From a virus, in IMG/VR virus record IMGVR_UViG_3300031576_000032, positions 6,188 to 70,187 of that record: a stretch of 64,000 nucleotides of DNA. The stretch is one strand, 5' to 3'. The notes beneath the pieces are model-generated. The model had not been told where the DNA came from. It searched no databases and saw only the letters and a list, made by a program, of their open reading frames with translations. Below are positions 35,640-45,687 of this stretch, one piece after another. Position 1 is the stretch's first letter. Each line of letters begins with the position of its first letter. The position numbers and the translations under genes are program-made.

Positions 35640-36047
35640 ATGGCAACAGCGCTTTACGGAAAGGGCCGCGAGGGATTCCTCGACGGCTCGATCGACTGGG
35701 ACACGAACACGATCAAGGCGGTCCTGATCGATGCGGCGGATTACACGGTGTCGATCGACGTCCACGACAACCTCGACGACATCCCAGGCGCGGCCCGCGT
35801 CGCCACGTCGTCGGCGCTCTCTGGAAAGACCGTGACGCTCGGCGTCGCGGACGCGGACGACGTCACGTTCTCTGCGGTCTCGGGCGATCAGTGCGAGGCA
35901 CTCGTGCTCTACAAGGACACTGGCACGGAGTCGACATCGCGATTGATCGCGTACATCGACAACGCGACGGGGCTCCCCGTTACTCCGAGCGGCGGAGACA
36001 TCATCGTCGCGTGGGACAACGGCGCGAACAAGATTTTCAAGCTGTAG
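35640..36047 (+). CDS. Virion structural protein
   Basis: IDWDTNTIKAVL..DADDVTF..LIAYID..PSGGDIIVAW pattern. Confidence 0.65.
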   Translation: MATALYGKGREGFLDGSIDWDTNTIKAVLIDAADYTVSIDVHDNLDDIPGAARVATSSALSGKTVTLGVADADDVTFSAVSGDQCEALVLYKDTGTESTSRLIAYIDNATGLPVTPSGGDIIVAWDNGANKIFKL

Positions 36048-36060
36048 GACCGAGGCGATA

Positions 36061-36219
36061 ATGGCTTCCACACCGTTCATTGCGAACCTCCTGAGAGAAG
36101 ATTTGCTCTGGGGTACGGTTGTATCGATCCTCGGTGTCGGATTGTTTTACTTAGTCCTTCGGTACGTTGATCCGTGGATCGATTCAAAATGGCGCAAGAA
36201 GAATGGGCTGAGGCCGTAG
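36061..36219 (+). CDS. 52-aa single-TM peptide
   Basis: GAGG RBS; LLWGTVVSILGVGLFYLVL. Confidence 0.45.
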   Translation: MASTPFIANLLREDLLWGTVVSILGVGLFYLVLRYVDPWIDSKWRKKNGLRP

Positions 36220-38289
36220 TTGTCTTGGGGTAGCGCCGGATCAATCGGTGTCGGGAATAGCAAGGCGTCGGGGACGACCCTTGTCCTGACGACGACCGCG
36301 ACGGCCGAGGCCGGGAACGTCGTGTTCCTGGTCATCGCTTCGGACAACGTCGCGACGGCCGACGGGAATACATCCGAAGTTTCCTCGATCGCCGATTCCG
36401 CAGGCGGGAACACGTGGACGAAGGCGCGCGAGTTCTGTAACGCGCAGGGTGCCGCGAACGCCGGGACGACTCTCTCGTTCTGGTACTCGAAACTTGTCAA
36501 CCAGATCGCCAGCGGCGGGACGATCACTGTCACGTTCGCGAACACGATCACGGCGAAGGCGATTTCGGCTCAAGAGTTCACCATGGCCTCGGGGTCGCTG
36601 ATCAGTATTGTTGACGCGGCGGATCTACCGAACGACGTTCTAGACGTTGGGTCGATGACGACTGCGACGCTCCCGTCAAACGAGTATCTGTTCTTCCGGG
36701 CGATTGCTGGCGAGACGACGACGGCGATCGCATTCACGCCGACGACGAACTTCACGGAAGTCACGCGTGGCCAGATGACGGGCGGGCTCCCGGCATCGAA
36801 TCAGTCAGCGTTCGGCGAGTTCCGGATCGTCACCTCGACGGCGCAGACGAGCAATCCGACGACGATCATTGGGGACTACGCGTCGTCGTTTGTTGTGTTC
36901 AAGGAACTCGTCGTCCAGAATCTTTCCGGCGCGAGTGGGATCGCGACTGGCGAGGCAGTCGGCGCGGAGAAGGTCAACCATTCGCTCCCGTCTGGCGGCG
37001 GGATCGCATCGGCGTTTGCGGTTGGCATTGCTACAATTTCGCTTGGGGTCTCGTTGGTTGGTGGTCTCGCGAGCGCGGAGGCATTCGGATCGGCGTCGGT
37101 CAAACGCTTGCTTTCTGTGGCTGGCGGAATCGTTTCGGCTGAATTGTTCGGGGCCGGGTCGCTCGGCGGATTCCTTGTTAGCGCTGGCGGGATCGCGTCG
37201 GGCGAGGCGTTCAGTGTCGTGGCCGTTGGAAAGGTGCCGACGTTCGTTGCGGCTGGGTCGGTCGCCTCGTCGAGCAGCGGCGGGAACGTCTTCCCGAGCC
37301 TTCCGGCTGGGTTTGCGGCTGGGCACTATCACGTTTGCGTCGTCGGGAAAAACGCAACGACGAACGCGCCGACTATGTTTTCGCCGGATTGGGATGTTCT
37401 CCTACCCCATACGATCGTATCAGGAGCCGGAGGCACGATCGCGCTCTCGATCTTCGGGCGCAGGGCGCAGGCCGGGGACGTCGTGCCGACGGTGTTCTAC
37501 GCTGGGACAAATGCAATCATCGCGAGGATCGCCGGGTACCATGGCGTTGCCCTCGCGGCTACGATCGCAGCCGAGGTCGTCGGCACTCCGCAGGGGAACG
37601 CGAGTGTTGATACGACTCTGACGTGTCCGCCGATCGTGACTTTGACGGACTTCGATCGCGTCCTGCTTGTCGGAGCGGCAGCGAACGGCGGGAACTTCAC
37701 TGGATACTCCGGAGTACCGCCGCCGGTAGAGAGAATTGATTCTGGGATCGGTGCCCAGGCGGCAATCGTAGTCGCCGATTTTTTTAAGACGCCTGCTGGT
37801 AGCACGAGCGCGCAAGACTCCACGATAACGATTCCGCCCCTCGGGAACGCGCGGATCGGCGTACAGATCGCGCTTCGTCCGCCGACGAACGTGGCGACTT
37901 CGGGCGCTGGTGGAATTGGGTCATCGGAGGCGTTCGGCGTCGCGTCGATCGGTATCAGGGCGCCCGGTGCCGGTGCAATCGCGACCGGAGAGGCGCTCGG
38001 AGTTGCATCGGTCAAGACGAGACTCAACGACGCCGGTGGAATCGTATCGGCCGAAGCGTTCGGGTCGGCTAGCGTGAATGGGACGCTCGGCCCATCATCG
38101 ATTCTATCCGCCGAGGTGTTTGGTGTTGCAAGTATTTCGCAACGGGGGTTTAATGTTGGTGGAATTGAATCGGCTGAAGTGTTCGGAAAACCACTAATCT
38201 ATGTTGGACCACTAGTTGCACCGGTTGAGCGAAGTGAAATTGTTCGTGGGGAAAATCGGTTTATCCCAGTTATTGACGGGTCTATCTAA
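36220..38289 (+). CDS. Large virion protein (head fibre/decoration-like) with GGIxSxEAFG repeats
   Basis: Ala/Gly/Ser/Thr-rich beta domains separated by ten ~22-aa repeats; late operon. Confidence 0.6.
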   Translation: MSWGSAGSIGVGNSKASGTTLVLTTTATAEAGNVVFLVIASDNVATADGNTSEVSSIADSAGGNTWTKAREFCNAQGAANAGTTLSFWYSKLVNQIASGGTITVTFANTITAKAISAQEFTMASGSLISIVDAADLPNDVLDVGSMTTATLPSNEYLFFRAIAGETTTAIAFTPTTNFTEVTRGQMTGGLPASNQSAFGEFRIVTSTAQTSNPTTIIGDYASSFVVFKELVVQNLSGASGIATGEAVGAEKVNHSLPSGGGIASAFAVGIATISLGVSLVGGLASAEAFGSASVKRLLSVAGGIVSAELFGAGSLGGFLVSAGGIASGEAFSVVAVGKVPTFVAAGSVASSSSGGNVFPSLPAGFAAGHYHVCVVGKNATTNAPTMFSPDWDVLLPHTIVSGAGGTIALSIFGRRAQAGDVVPTVFYAGTNAIIARIAGYHGVALAATIAAEVVGTPQGNASVDTTLTCPPIVTLTDFDRVLLVGAAANGGNFTGYSGVPPPVERIDSGIGAQAAIVVADFFKTPAGSTSAQDSTITIPPLGNARIGVQIALRPPTNVATSGAGGIGSSEAFGVASIGIRAPGAGAIATGEALGVASVKTRLNDAGGIVSAEAFGSASVNGTLGPSSILSAEVFGVASISQRGFNVGGIESAEVFGKPLIYVGPLVAPVERSEIVRGENRFIPVIDGSI

Positions 38290-39347
38290 TGGCGATCACG
38301 ACGGTTGTCTTTGGACCGAACGATCTGGATGGGGCCAACACGATCGTCTCAGGCGCAGCACCGCGAGTCGCGAGGACCGGCGGCGTCGGGAAGTTCTTCC
38401 CGACAGAGACAAAAGAGTACCGCTCGAACATCGCGGTCCCGGAGGACATTCTTGAGGCGTACCCGGCGTGGCATAATGAGGGTCCATCGATCGCGTACGT
38501 TGGCGTCGCATACAAAGTGGGCGCAGTCGAGAAGCGTTGGCGGACAATGCTCCGGTTTATCCTTCGAGCCGTCACGATTGACCGATCGTCTATTGTTTCT
38601 GGCGTCGCGCCGGCGGTTTCGTCTTGGCAGTGGGTCGTTGGCGCGAGGTTAATATGGTACGCGGGCGATCCGGCGGCGAACGATCTCGATGCGGTCCCGA
38701 TCACGATCAACGAGTCTGACCTAGAGATTCGTGTCGGGCGCGGACTGTACGATCTGGCTACGGTTCCGACGAAGGAGGGTCCGTTCGGATACCCAGCGCC
38801 AACCGGGACTGAACACAAGGACGATCAACTTGCGGAGACATACGATGGTGCGCCAGTATTCGGCTCGGTTGAGGGAACTCTTGGATGGGGCTTGTGGGCG
38901 CTTCCAACGCGGACCGAGAAAACGCTTGTCTTGTCCCAGTCCGCGATCGACGCGCTCCTTAAAACGATTTCGGGGGACGCCGATTCGTATATTGATTTCG
39001 GGTTCATCGCGCTTTCCGGAGAGGAAGCGGCCGTTGGGTCGACGAACGTTGTCAACTTTAAGCGGGAGATCGCTGCATGGGATCCACATCCACCGCGATT
39101 TGAAATCGACTTCAACCTTCCGGTAACGTTAAGTAGCGCTGGGACGATCGCGTCTACTGAAAGTATTGGGTCGGCAGTTGTAAATCATGGACTATCAGAA
39201 TCGGGGGCGATCGGGTCCTTTGAGAATTTTGGTTCGGGGGTTGTCTTATCGGATAATTCGCACGTCGACCCCCGTCCGTCGAGAAAAGCTCGAGTAGCAA
39301 AAGACCTTAGGATTACTCGGGTCAGAAGGAGGCGGACAATTGGCTGA
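38289..39347 (+). CDS. Virion-associated protein
   Basis: TAATG coupling; two copies of the same repeat near the C-terminus. Confidence 0.55.
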   Translation: MAITTVVFGPNDLDGANTIVSGAAPRVARTGGVGKFFPTETKEYRSNIAVPEDILEAYPAWHNEGPSIAYVGVAYKVGAVEKRWRTMLRFILRAVTIDRSSIVSGVAPAVSSWQWVVGARLIWYAGDPAANDLDAVPITINESDLEIRVGRGLYDLATVPTKEGPFGYPAPTGTEHKDDQLAETYDGAPVFGSVEGTLGWGLWALPTRTEKTLVLSQSAIDALLKTISGDADSYIDFGFIALSGEEAAVGSTNVVNFKREIAAWDPHPPRFEIDFNLPVTLSSAGTIASTESIGSAVVNHGLSESGAIGSFENFGSGVVLSDNSHVDPRPSRKARVAKDLRITRVRRRRTIG

Positions 39348-39651
39348 CGTAAATCGGACTTTCGATAAGGACCCGGATGCGGTCCTCGACTACGGGTTTG
39401 ACTGGAACCCGAGCGATCTTCCTGATGATGACCTTCCGTACCTTGTTGCCGGGGAGATAATCATTTCGAGTTCGTGGGAAGCAAACGACGCCGGAGTCGT
39501 GATCGATATTGATACGTTCTCGGACACGGTTACGACTGTGTGGCTTAGTGGTGGAACTGTCGGGGAAACGTACACACTGACGAATCACATTGAAACGTCC
39601 GCCGGACGGGAAGACGACCGGTCATTTGACGTTATCGTAAAAGAGAGATAA
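39340..39651 (+). CDS. Fibre-adaptor-like small structural protein
   Basis: KDPDAVLDYGFDW..VWLSGGTVGETY..T.AGREDDRS. Confidence 0.7.
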   Translation: MADVNRTFDKDPDAVLDYGFDWNPSDLPDDDLPYLVAGEIIISSSWEANDAGVVIDIDTFSDTVTTVWLSGGTVGETYTLTNHIETSAGREDDRSFDVIVKER

Positions 39652-39708
39652 AAAGTGGTATCTCCCCTATCATCGGAAGGGGTAAGGTCTTCGAAAGAAG
39701 GAGAATAG

Positions 39709-41496
39709 ATGCCTTTCGGTAACGAGCACTCGTGCCAGTTGAACGATCCGAAAAAGTATGCAAAGATCCGCCGGAAGAAGGGTATCGGCGGCGGGCCGGA
39801 CGTGTTGATTGGGATTACGAACGACGGAAAGCCCGAAGCGCAGTCACTCCGATTTCCGAAGTCTCGGTTTACGGAAGCCGAGGCCCGGAAGAAGTCCCTC
39901 GGGGCCGGGGTGTTCGAAGCTGCGACCGCGAACGCGGTCGTCACGATGGAGTCTGCCGGGGCGGTCCGGAGGGAGAAGAAGGCCGGGAAGGATTATATTG
40001 TCGCGCCCGTCGTGATGATCGTCGAAGGCGTCCACAAGGGAAACGGCGGGGCGCTTTTCTACTCAGCGGCGGAGTTGAAGAAGTCCGTCTCGAACGCCGA
40101 TGGGATTCCCTTGTTCGTTCAACATCCTCGGGACCAATGGGGAAACTACACGTCGGCGAAAGACTCGACTGTAAATGGTGAGAAGCTCGTCGGATTTGTC
40201 TCGGCTCCGTCGTTCAATGATGATGGAGCGAAGATGCCGGCTGAGATCTGGGCGGAGGAAGAGAAACTCAAGGCTGTGTCCCCCGAGTCATTCGAGGCGA
40301 TCCTCGAGGGGATGCCGCTGAATGTGTCGACGGGGGTATACCCGTATGACGCCGATATGGTCCCGGGTGTCTGGCAAGGAGAGCAGTACCTTTCCTCCCT
40401 CTCCAATATCCAGTGGGACCATCTTGCTCTTCTCCCGGGAAAACAGGGTGCTTGTTCGTGGGACGATGGGTGTGGGGTCCGGGCGAACGAAGAACTCCTC
40501 GGGAACGATGAGCCGAGAGCGTGGGCCAAGATCGAGTCGGTCCTGAAGGAGAACAGGGTCGGGATTCTTCGAATCGGGGAGGTTCTTACCCCCCTGGAGA
40601 ACGAGGACTCGATCGAGGATAAGCTCGACGGGGTCCGGACGGCGGTGTATGCGCTTGATTCCGTGTCGTGGATTCATTATGTTCGGGAGACATACAAGGG
40701 ATTTGTCGTGTACGGGGCGTGTCCAAAACCCGAGGCGTATGGTTCGAAGGGGCAGAAATCAAAGACGTTCAAACGGAGGTACTCGATCGACGCCGATGGG
40801 AACGTGACGCTTGCGGCTGAGGTCGTAGAAGTTGAGATGAAGGTCACGTACGTCCCGGTCGGGACGGCCAACGAAGAAAAACAGGAGGAAAAGAAAATGG
40901 ACAAGGACAAGCTGGTCCAGGCCCTGATCGATTGCGCGAAGACGCCGTTCGTCGAAACGCATCGTGCGGGGTTGATGGCAATGGATGTTCCGGCGCTTCA
41001 AGCACTTGAGGTGAAGGAACCTTGCGAAGCGGACAAGAAGGCTGAGGCCGACAAGATCGCGAACGAGAAGATCGAGGCCGACAAGAAGGCCGCGCTCGTG
41101 AACGAGAAGAAGGATGATGAAGGAAAGCCTCGGAAGCCGAAGCGTCGGTCGATCGAGGAGTATCTCGAAGATGCGCCGCCTGAAGTCGTACGGATCGTGA
41201 ACGAATCGTTGTCTCGTGAGAAGGCCGAAAAGGAGTCCCTCGTTGAAAAGATCCTTGCGAACCAGGGAGACCTTGACGAGGACGATCTTGGCGACAACGA
41301 TTTCTTGGAGAAAGAACTCGTCGCGATGGACGTTCGGACACTTCGGAAGATCGCGAACGTCCGATCGACCGACGATGATTTTGGTGGGCGATCGGGTCCG
41401 GTCGGAAACGCTCGAGAGAAATTGAAGGCTCCGAACGCCCCGATTCCGTTTCCAAGAAAGAAGGCCGCGTCGTCTGGTGGGGACGACGAGGACTAG
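39709..41496 (+). CDS. Prohead protease (DUF2213-like) with C-terminal scaffold
   Basis: APVVMIVEGV, VSTG, DHLALLPGKQGACSWDDGCG; charged coiled-coil C-terminus. Confidence 0.8.
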   Translation: MPFGNEHSCQLNDPKKYAKIRRKKGIGGGPDVLIGITNDGKPEAQSLRFPKSRFTEAEARKKSLGAGVFEAATANAVVTMESAGAVRREKKAGKDYIVAPVVMIVEGVHKGNGGALFYSAAELKKSVSNADGIPLFVQHPRDQWGNYTSAKDSTVNGEKLVGFVSAPSFNDDGAKMPAEIWAEEEKLKAVSPESFEAILEGMPLNVSTGVYPYDADMVPGVWQGEQYLSSLSNIQWDHLALLPGKQGACSWDDGCGVRANEELLGNDEPRAWAKIESVLKENRVGILRIGEVLTPLENEDSIEDKLDGVRTAVYALDSVSWIHYVRETYKGFVVYGACPKPEAYGSKGQKSKTFKRRYSIDADGNVTLAAEVVEVEMKVTYVPVGTANEEKQEEKKMDKDKLVQALIDCAKTPFVETHRAGLMAMDVPALQALEVKEPCEADKKAEADKIANEKIEADKKAALVNEKKDDEGKPRKPKRRSIEEYLEDAPPEVVRIVNESLSREKAEKESLVEKILANQGDLDEDDLGDNDFLEKELVAMDVRTLRKIANVRSTDDDFGGRSGPVGNAREKLKAPNAPIPFPRKKAASSGGDDED

Positions 41497-41571
41497 GACC
41501 GGGATCTATCCCGGAACGATTCAAACCGAGAACTATAACGGTCCTTACGGGCCTTTGAAGGAGGATAGGAA

Positions 41572-42024
41572 ATGACGTCCATTGCATCGGTTCGCCCGCA
41601 TAAGGTGGCTCTCCAAGTGTATGGGGAGCACATCATCGGGACAACGAAGTCGACGGCGGTTGCGATTACCCCTGGGCATCTTCTGGAATTGACTTCGTCG
41701 GGGACGGTCCAGAAGCATTCGTCGAATGGCGCGGCGGCAATCGTTCGGCTTGCGATCCAGAAGCCGGGTGAGGGCGCGCTCGAAACGGCGTATTCGGCGA
41801 GCGATATGGTCGATCACCAGGTGTTTCGGTCGGGGGACGAGGTGTATGTCCTCCTGAAGGACGGAGCAAACGCAGTGATCGGGGATAAGCTCGTGTCGAA
41901 CGCTGATGGGACGTTTGATGTTCTCGCGTCGACTGAAGTTGGACTTCTCGAAGCGATCGAAGCGAAGAACCTGACGGCTTCGGCGAATACGACGGCAGAC
42001 CGGATCATGGCGAGGGTTCTCTAA
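41572..42024 (+). CDS. Head decoration/cement protein
   Basis: AITPGHLLE..GDKLVSNADG; immediately before major capsid gene. Confidence 0.7.
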   Translation: MTSIASVRPHKVALQVYGEHIIGTTKSTAVAITPGHLLELTSSGTVQKHSSNGAAAIVRLAIQKPGEGALETAYSASDMVDHQVFRSGDEVYVLLKDGANAVIGDKLVSNADGTFDVLASTEVGLLEAIEAKNLTASANTTADRIMARVL

Positions 42025-42094
42025 GACCCCCGAAGGGCAGATGGCGTAGATACGGCCCTTCGGCGGCACGCCGGGGCGAAAAAGGAGATTTAAG

Positions 42095-43105
42095 ATGGCT
42101 CGAAAGGGTGGTGGCGGTAAGGCGGTTCTCGCAGACGCGAAGGGACTGTTTAACGGTCCTGGCGGCGGGACGATGGTCAAGCAACTTCTTGCGAATGACA
42201 TGGATTTCGACAAGATCCGTGTTAACACATCGACTCTCCGGTATGACGAGCAAAAGGAGCTTGACGAAAAGCTTCTTGAGATCTCTAGGTTTGAACTCGG
42301 CGCGGTCCCGGCGATTCTTGCGGCGGGGCTTCGGTACGATTTCGATGGGATGTCGGCGACGATCCTTCAGTATGAGGATATGTCCGACATCACGGACGCC
42401 GAACTCGGGATGTCTCCGCTTGGTCGGGGGAAGACGGACAACCCCGAATTCACGCAGAAGATCCTGCCCCTCCCGTTCATGTTCAAGAACTTCTTCATCG
42501 ATGCCCGGAAGCTTCGGATGTCGAGGAAGCTCGGCCAGCCTCTTGACACGACGGGCGTGGCGCTTGCGACTCGGAAGGTGATGGAACTCGCTGAAGACAT
42601 CCTCGTCAACGGGTCGAGTGGATATCCGTTTGGTGGGGGGAATATCTACGGAATCATCGATCACCCGAACGTCAACGCGGTGTCGCTTGGGACGTCGTGG
42701 GCGACGGATACCGGAGAAAACGTCATTGCGGATGTTCTGTCGGCGATTCAGGCGTCGGTTAACGTGAAGCACGGGGGTCCGTTCGAGCTTTGGATTCCCA
42801 GGAACTTCCGATCGGCGATGTCGAAGGACTATTCGACTGCGAAGGGCGACAACACGATCCGGCAGAGGATCCTTGATATCGACGAGATCAAGGCGGTTCG
42901 TACAATCAACGCGATGCCGTCGAGCAAGGTCGCGCTCGTCGAGATGCGCGAAGAGACGATCCGGATGGTGATGGGTCTTCAGCCGCGAGTCGTCGAATGG
43001 GACACCGAGGGCGGGCTCGGCCTTAACTTCAAGGTTCTCGGGATTATGGTTCCGCAAATTCGCGCGGACCAGGATGGGAACTGCGGGATCACGATCATCT
43101 CGTAA
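42095..43105 (+). CDS. Major capsid protein (HK97 fold, linocin/encapsulin-like family)
   Basis: LPLPFMFKNFFIDARKL..LDTTG..A.RKVME..E; YGIIDHPN; position and size. Confidence 0.85.
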   Translation: MARKGGGGKAVLADAKGLFNGPGGGTMVKQLLANDMDFDKIRVNTSTLRYDEQKELDEKLLEISRFELGAVPAILAAGLRYDFDGMSATILQYEDMSDITDAELGMSPLGRGKTDNPEFTQKILPLPFMFKNFFIDARKLRMSRKLGQPLDTTGVALATRKVMELAEDILVNGSSGYPFGGGNIYGIIDHPNVNAVSLGTSWATDTGENVIADVLSAIQASVNVKHGGPFELWIPRNFRSAMSKDYSTAKGDNTIRQRILDIDEIKAVRTINAMPSSKVALVEMREETIRMVMGLQPRVVEWDTEGGLGLNFKVLGIMVPQIRADQDGNCGITIIS

Positions 43106-43127
43106 CGATCAACGAACGGCGGGAATC

Positions 43128-43162
43128 GGGACCCGGGGGAGTTTCCTCCGGGTCCTATCTTA
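43128..43162 (+). terminator. Putative terminator after capsid gene
   Basis: GGACCCGGGGG-AGTTT-CCTCCGGGTCC hairpin; weak T-tract. Confidence 0.45.
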
Positions 43163-43207
43163 GGTTCCGTTAACGGAAGGCAAAAAACCTTCGACTGGAG
43201 GCGAGAG

Positions 43208-43534
43208 ATGAGGCGAAAGGTCGATCCGATCCGGACGTGGAGGAAGAAGCCGGGGTTCGGTCCATACTTGTACAAGAAGGACGGCGAGCTCGTCGAGGTT
43301 AAGACTGGAGAGACTCTTGAGTGTTCGAAGATGGCCCTCGGGACGTACGTTGAACGATTCGACCTCGCTGACGAGGACGAAACGGTCGAGGAGCCGTCGC
43401 GGTACGTGTCCGTTCCCCGGAAGGACGAGTCCGGGTTCGATGTCGTCGATCGCGAGACGGGTCGGCCAGTGAATGAAGCTCCGATGACCGAGGACGAAGC
43501 GAAGGAGTTTCTGGAGAAGTACGAGGAAGATTAG
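43208..43534 (+). CDS. Hypothetical late protein
   Basis: GGAGG RBS. Confidence 0.6.
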   Translation: MRRKVDPIRTWRKKPGFGPYLYKKDGELVEVKTGETLECSKMALGTYVERFDLADEDETVEEPSRYVSVPRKDESGFDVVDRETGRPVNEAPMTEDEAKEFLEKYEED

Positions 43535-43536
43535 TT

Positions 43537-44217
43537 GTGCCAGCGACGCGTCTCGAGAGAGTCCTTGGTCCGGGAGGGAAGCGAGCGACCCTCGTTTCGT
43601 CTCACAAGGCGTGGATCGTTCCGCGAATCTGGCCCGAGTCGACTGTCGCGATCCTCGGCGGGGGGCCGTCGCTTCCGTCGGCTGAGGATCTCAAGAAGAT
43701 TCCGCTTTCATGGAAGACGATCGCGGTCAACATGGCGTTTCGGTCCGCGCCATTCTCTGACGTTTTGTTCTACGGAGATCCCCATTTCCCGTCGATCACT
43801 CGTGCGACGGACGGCCCGACGATCGACGATTTCGCGGGGCTCGTTGTCACGCGCGTCGCTCCGGGAGATGGGAGCGCGATGTTCGTCGCGTGGGAGTCGG
43901 GGATCGATGGGATATCGAAAGATCCGACGCGACTTCGATGGAACCGATCGAGCGGCGCGTGCGCGATCGGACTCGCGCGGCATTTCGGCGCGAAGAGGAT
44001 TGTCCTTTTTGGGTTCGACATGCGAATCGTCGACGGGAGGAAGAACTTCCATTCGTGGTATGGACGCGATTTGAAGAATCCATTCGAACAAATGCTCGAA
44101 CCGTTCGGCGCGATTGAACGAGACCTTCACGAGGAACAGATCGAGTGCATTAACGCGACGCCGGGTTCTGCGATTCGATCACTCCCGATTGTTGACCCGG
44201 TGAGCCTCTTCGTATGA
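43537..44217 (+). CDS. DUF115/MptE-like Rossmannoid protein (glycosyltransferase-associated)
   Basis: VAILGGGPSL, IAVN, SSGACAI, GAKRIVLFGFDM, INATP. Confidence 0.7.
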   Translation: MPATRLERVLGPGGKRATLVSSHKAWIVPRIWPESTVAILGGGPSLPSAEDLKKIPLSWKTIAVNMAFRSAPFSDVLFYGDPHFPSITRATDGPTIDDFAGLVVTRVAPGDGSAMFVAWESGIDGISKDPTRLRWNRSSGACAIGLARHFGAKRIVLFGFDMRIVDGRKNFHSWYGRDLKNPFEQMLEPFGAIERDLHEEQIECINATPGSAIRSLPIVDPVSLFV

Positions 44218-44870
44218 ACGTCGTCTGCGTCCTGAAATCGGGCGGGGACTATGACGTCGGCGACGTCGAGAACTTGTCCCGGCAGATCCGGAAGAACTTG
44301 GACGTCGGCGCGATCTTCTGTTTGACCGACGTCCCGTTCGACATCTCAAGGTTCGAGAAGACGGGGATCGTTGTCGTGCGACTCAAATCAACGTGGCCCG
44401 GATGGTGGGCGAAGATGGAACTGTTTTCGATCCCCGGGCCGGTCCTTTACTTCGACCTCGACACGGTGATCGTTAGCGACCTTGCCCCCCTGGTGACGGC
44501 GATCGATGCGATTGGTCGCGACCGGATTTTAATGCTCCGGAACTTCTACGACCCGTCTCCGGGTTCCGGAATCATGGGATGGAACGGAGATTTCTCGTCG
44601 ATGTTCCGGCAATTTCAGGCTGCGGTCGAGACCGGGGACTTTTTGAAGCGGGGCGATCGGTGGACGTTTACTCACGACGGGAAAACGTACCCGGGGGATC
44701 AAAACTGGATCGCGGCGCGGCTTTCCGAGTCGAAGAGGGTCCCAGTGTTTGCCCAAGACGTAGTCGACGGGATCGTTAGCTACAAAGTCGGGTCTGTCGA
44801 AAAGAACGGGCTTCCTCCTGGAGCGCGGATCGTTGTGTTTCATGGGAAACCCCCCGGCCGTGGGAATTGA
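44214..44870 (+). CDS. Glycosyltransferase (GT-A, GT8-like)
   Basis: VCVLKSGGDY, GWWAKMELF, LYFDLDTVI (DxD), GDQNWI, IVVFHGKP. Confidence 0.8.
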   Translation: MNVVCVLKSGGDYDVGDVENLSRQIRKNLDVGAIFCLTDVPFDISRFEKTGIVVVRLKSTWPGWWAKMELFSIPGPVLYFDLDTVIVSDLAPLVTAIDAIGRDRILMLRNFYDPSPGSGIMGWNGDFSSMFRQFQAAVETGDFLKRGDRWTFTHDGKTYPGDQNWIAARLSESKRVPVFAQDVVDGIVSYKVGSVEKNGLPPGARIVVFHGKPPGRGN

Positions 44871-44892
44871 ATCCGGTTCCAGTGTGGATAAC

Positions 44893-45687
44893 ATGACGCC
44901 GCTTTGGTTTTTCTGGGGTCAGAAGCGAATGTCGTTCTTGCGGTACATGACGCTCCGTAGCGCGTGCGATGTTCACGCCGATGTGCGGATTATTGTTCGC
45001 GATGAGGAGCTTCGGCCAGCCGTGAAGTGGGTAGAGTCTCAGGACTTCATGAACAATGACGATGGTGCCGACTGGATGGCGGAGGCGATGAAACTGCCAA
45101 TCAGGGTCCACGATCTCCGTGAGATCGCGCCCGTGCTATCCGACCTTCGGGCGCCAGACGTCCAGACGAGCGACCTGCTCGCTTGGTGGATCCTCGCGAC
45201 GATCGGCGGAACGGTCTGCGATATGGACATCGTGTTCCTGAAGCCGCTCCCGGAGATTATCGAGAACGTTGAGGTCGCGCGTTGGGAGCGCGATGTCCAC
45301 CGATATGATTACCTTCCGATCGGATACATTCAGGGTCGACCACACGACAAGTGGCGTGACGCGTATGCGAAGGCGCTTGCGGCATATGATCCGAACGTGT
45401 ACCAGTCGTGCGGTGGCGAAAACCTCAAGCCGTGGCCGGAGGCCCGACTAAGCCCGTTCGTCGTGTACCCTTGGGCCGGGGCGGTCTACCGGCAGATCCT
45501 GGACTATTGCTTCAAGACGACTCACTGGCCGCCACTACCCGTCGCGTGCGTTGGGGTCCACTGGTACGGCGGTGCGTGGCAATCTGAGAACGCGCGGATC
45601 AACGGGCCGGACGACCTTGAAGCGGGTGCCGTCTCGTGGGCGATCAAGACCGTCCTCGCCGGTTCAGAAGTGGTGGTGCCGCGATGA
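44893..45687 (+). CDS. Glycosyltransferase (DxD, GT32-like)
   Basis: WFFWG..YMTLRS, SDLLAWWILATIGGTVCDMDIVFLKP, GVHWYGG. Confidence 0.75.
   Translation: MTPLWFFWGQKRMSFLRYMTLRSACDVHADVRIIVRDEELRPAVKWVESQDFMNNDDGADWMAEAMKLPIRVHDLREIAPVLSDLRAPDVQTSDLLAWWILATIGGTVCDMDIVFLKPLPEIIENVEVARWERDVHRYDYLPIGYIQGRPHDKWRDAYAKALAAYDPNVYQSCGGENLKPWPEARLSPFVVYPWAGAVYRQILDYCFKTTHWPPLPVACVGVHWYGGAWQSENARINGPDDLEAGAVSWAIKTVLAGSEVVVPR

Noticed and set aside
42095-43105. Encapsulin/linocin nanocompartment
   Set aside because: Sits after protease and decoration genes in a complete head operon, so it is the phage major capsid protein
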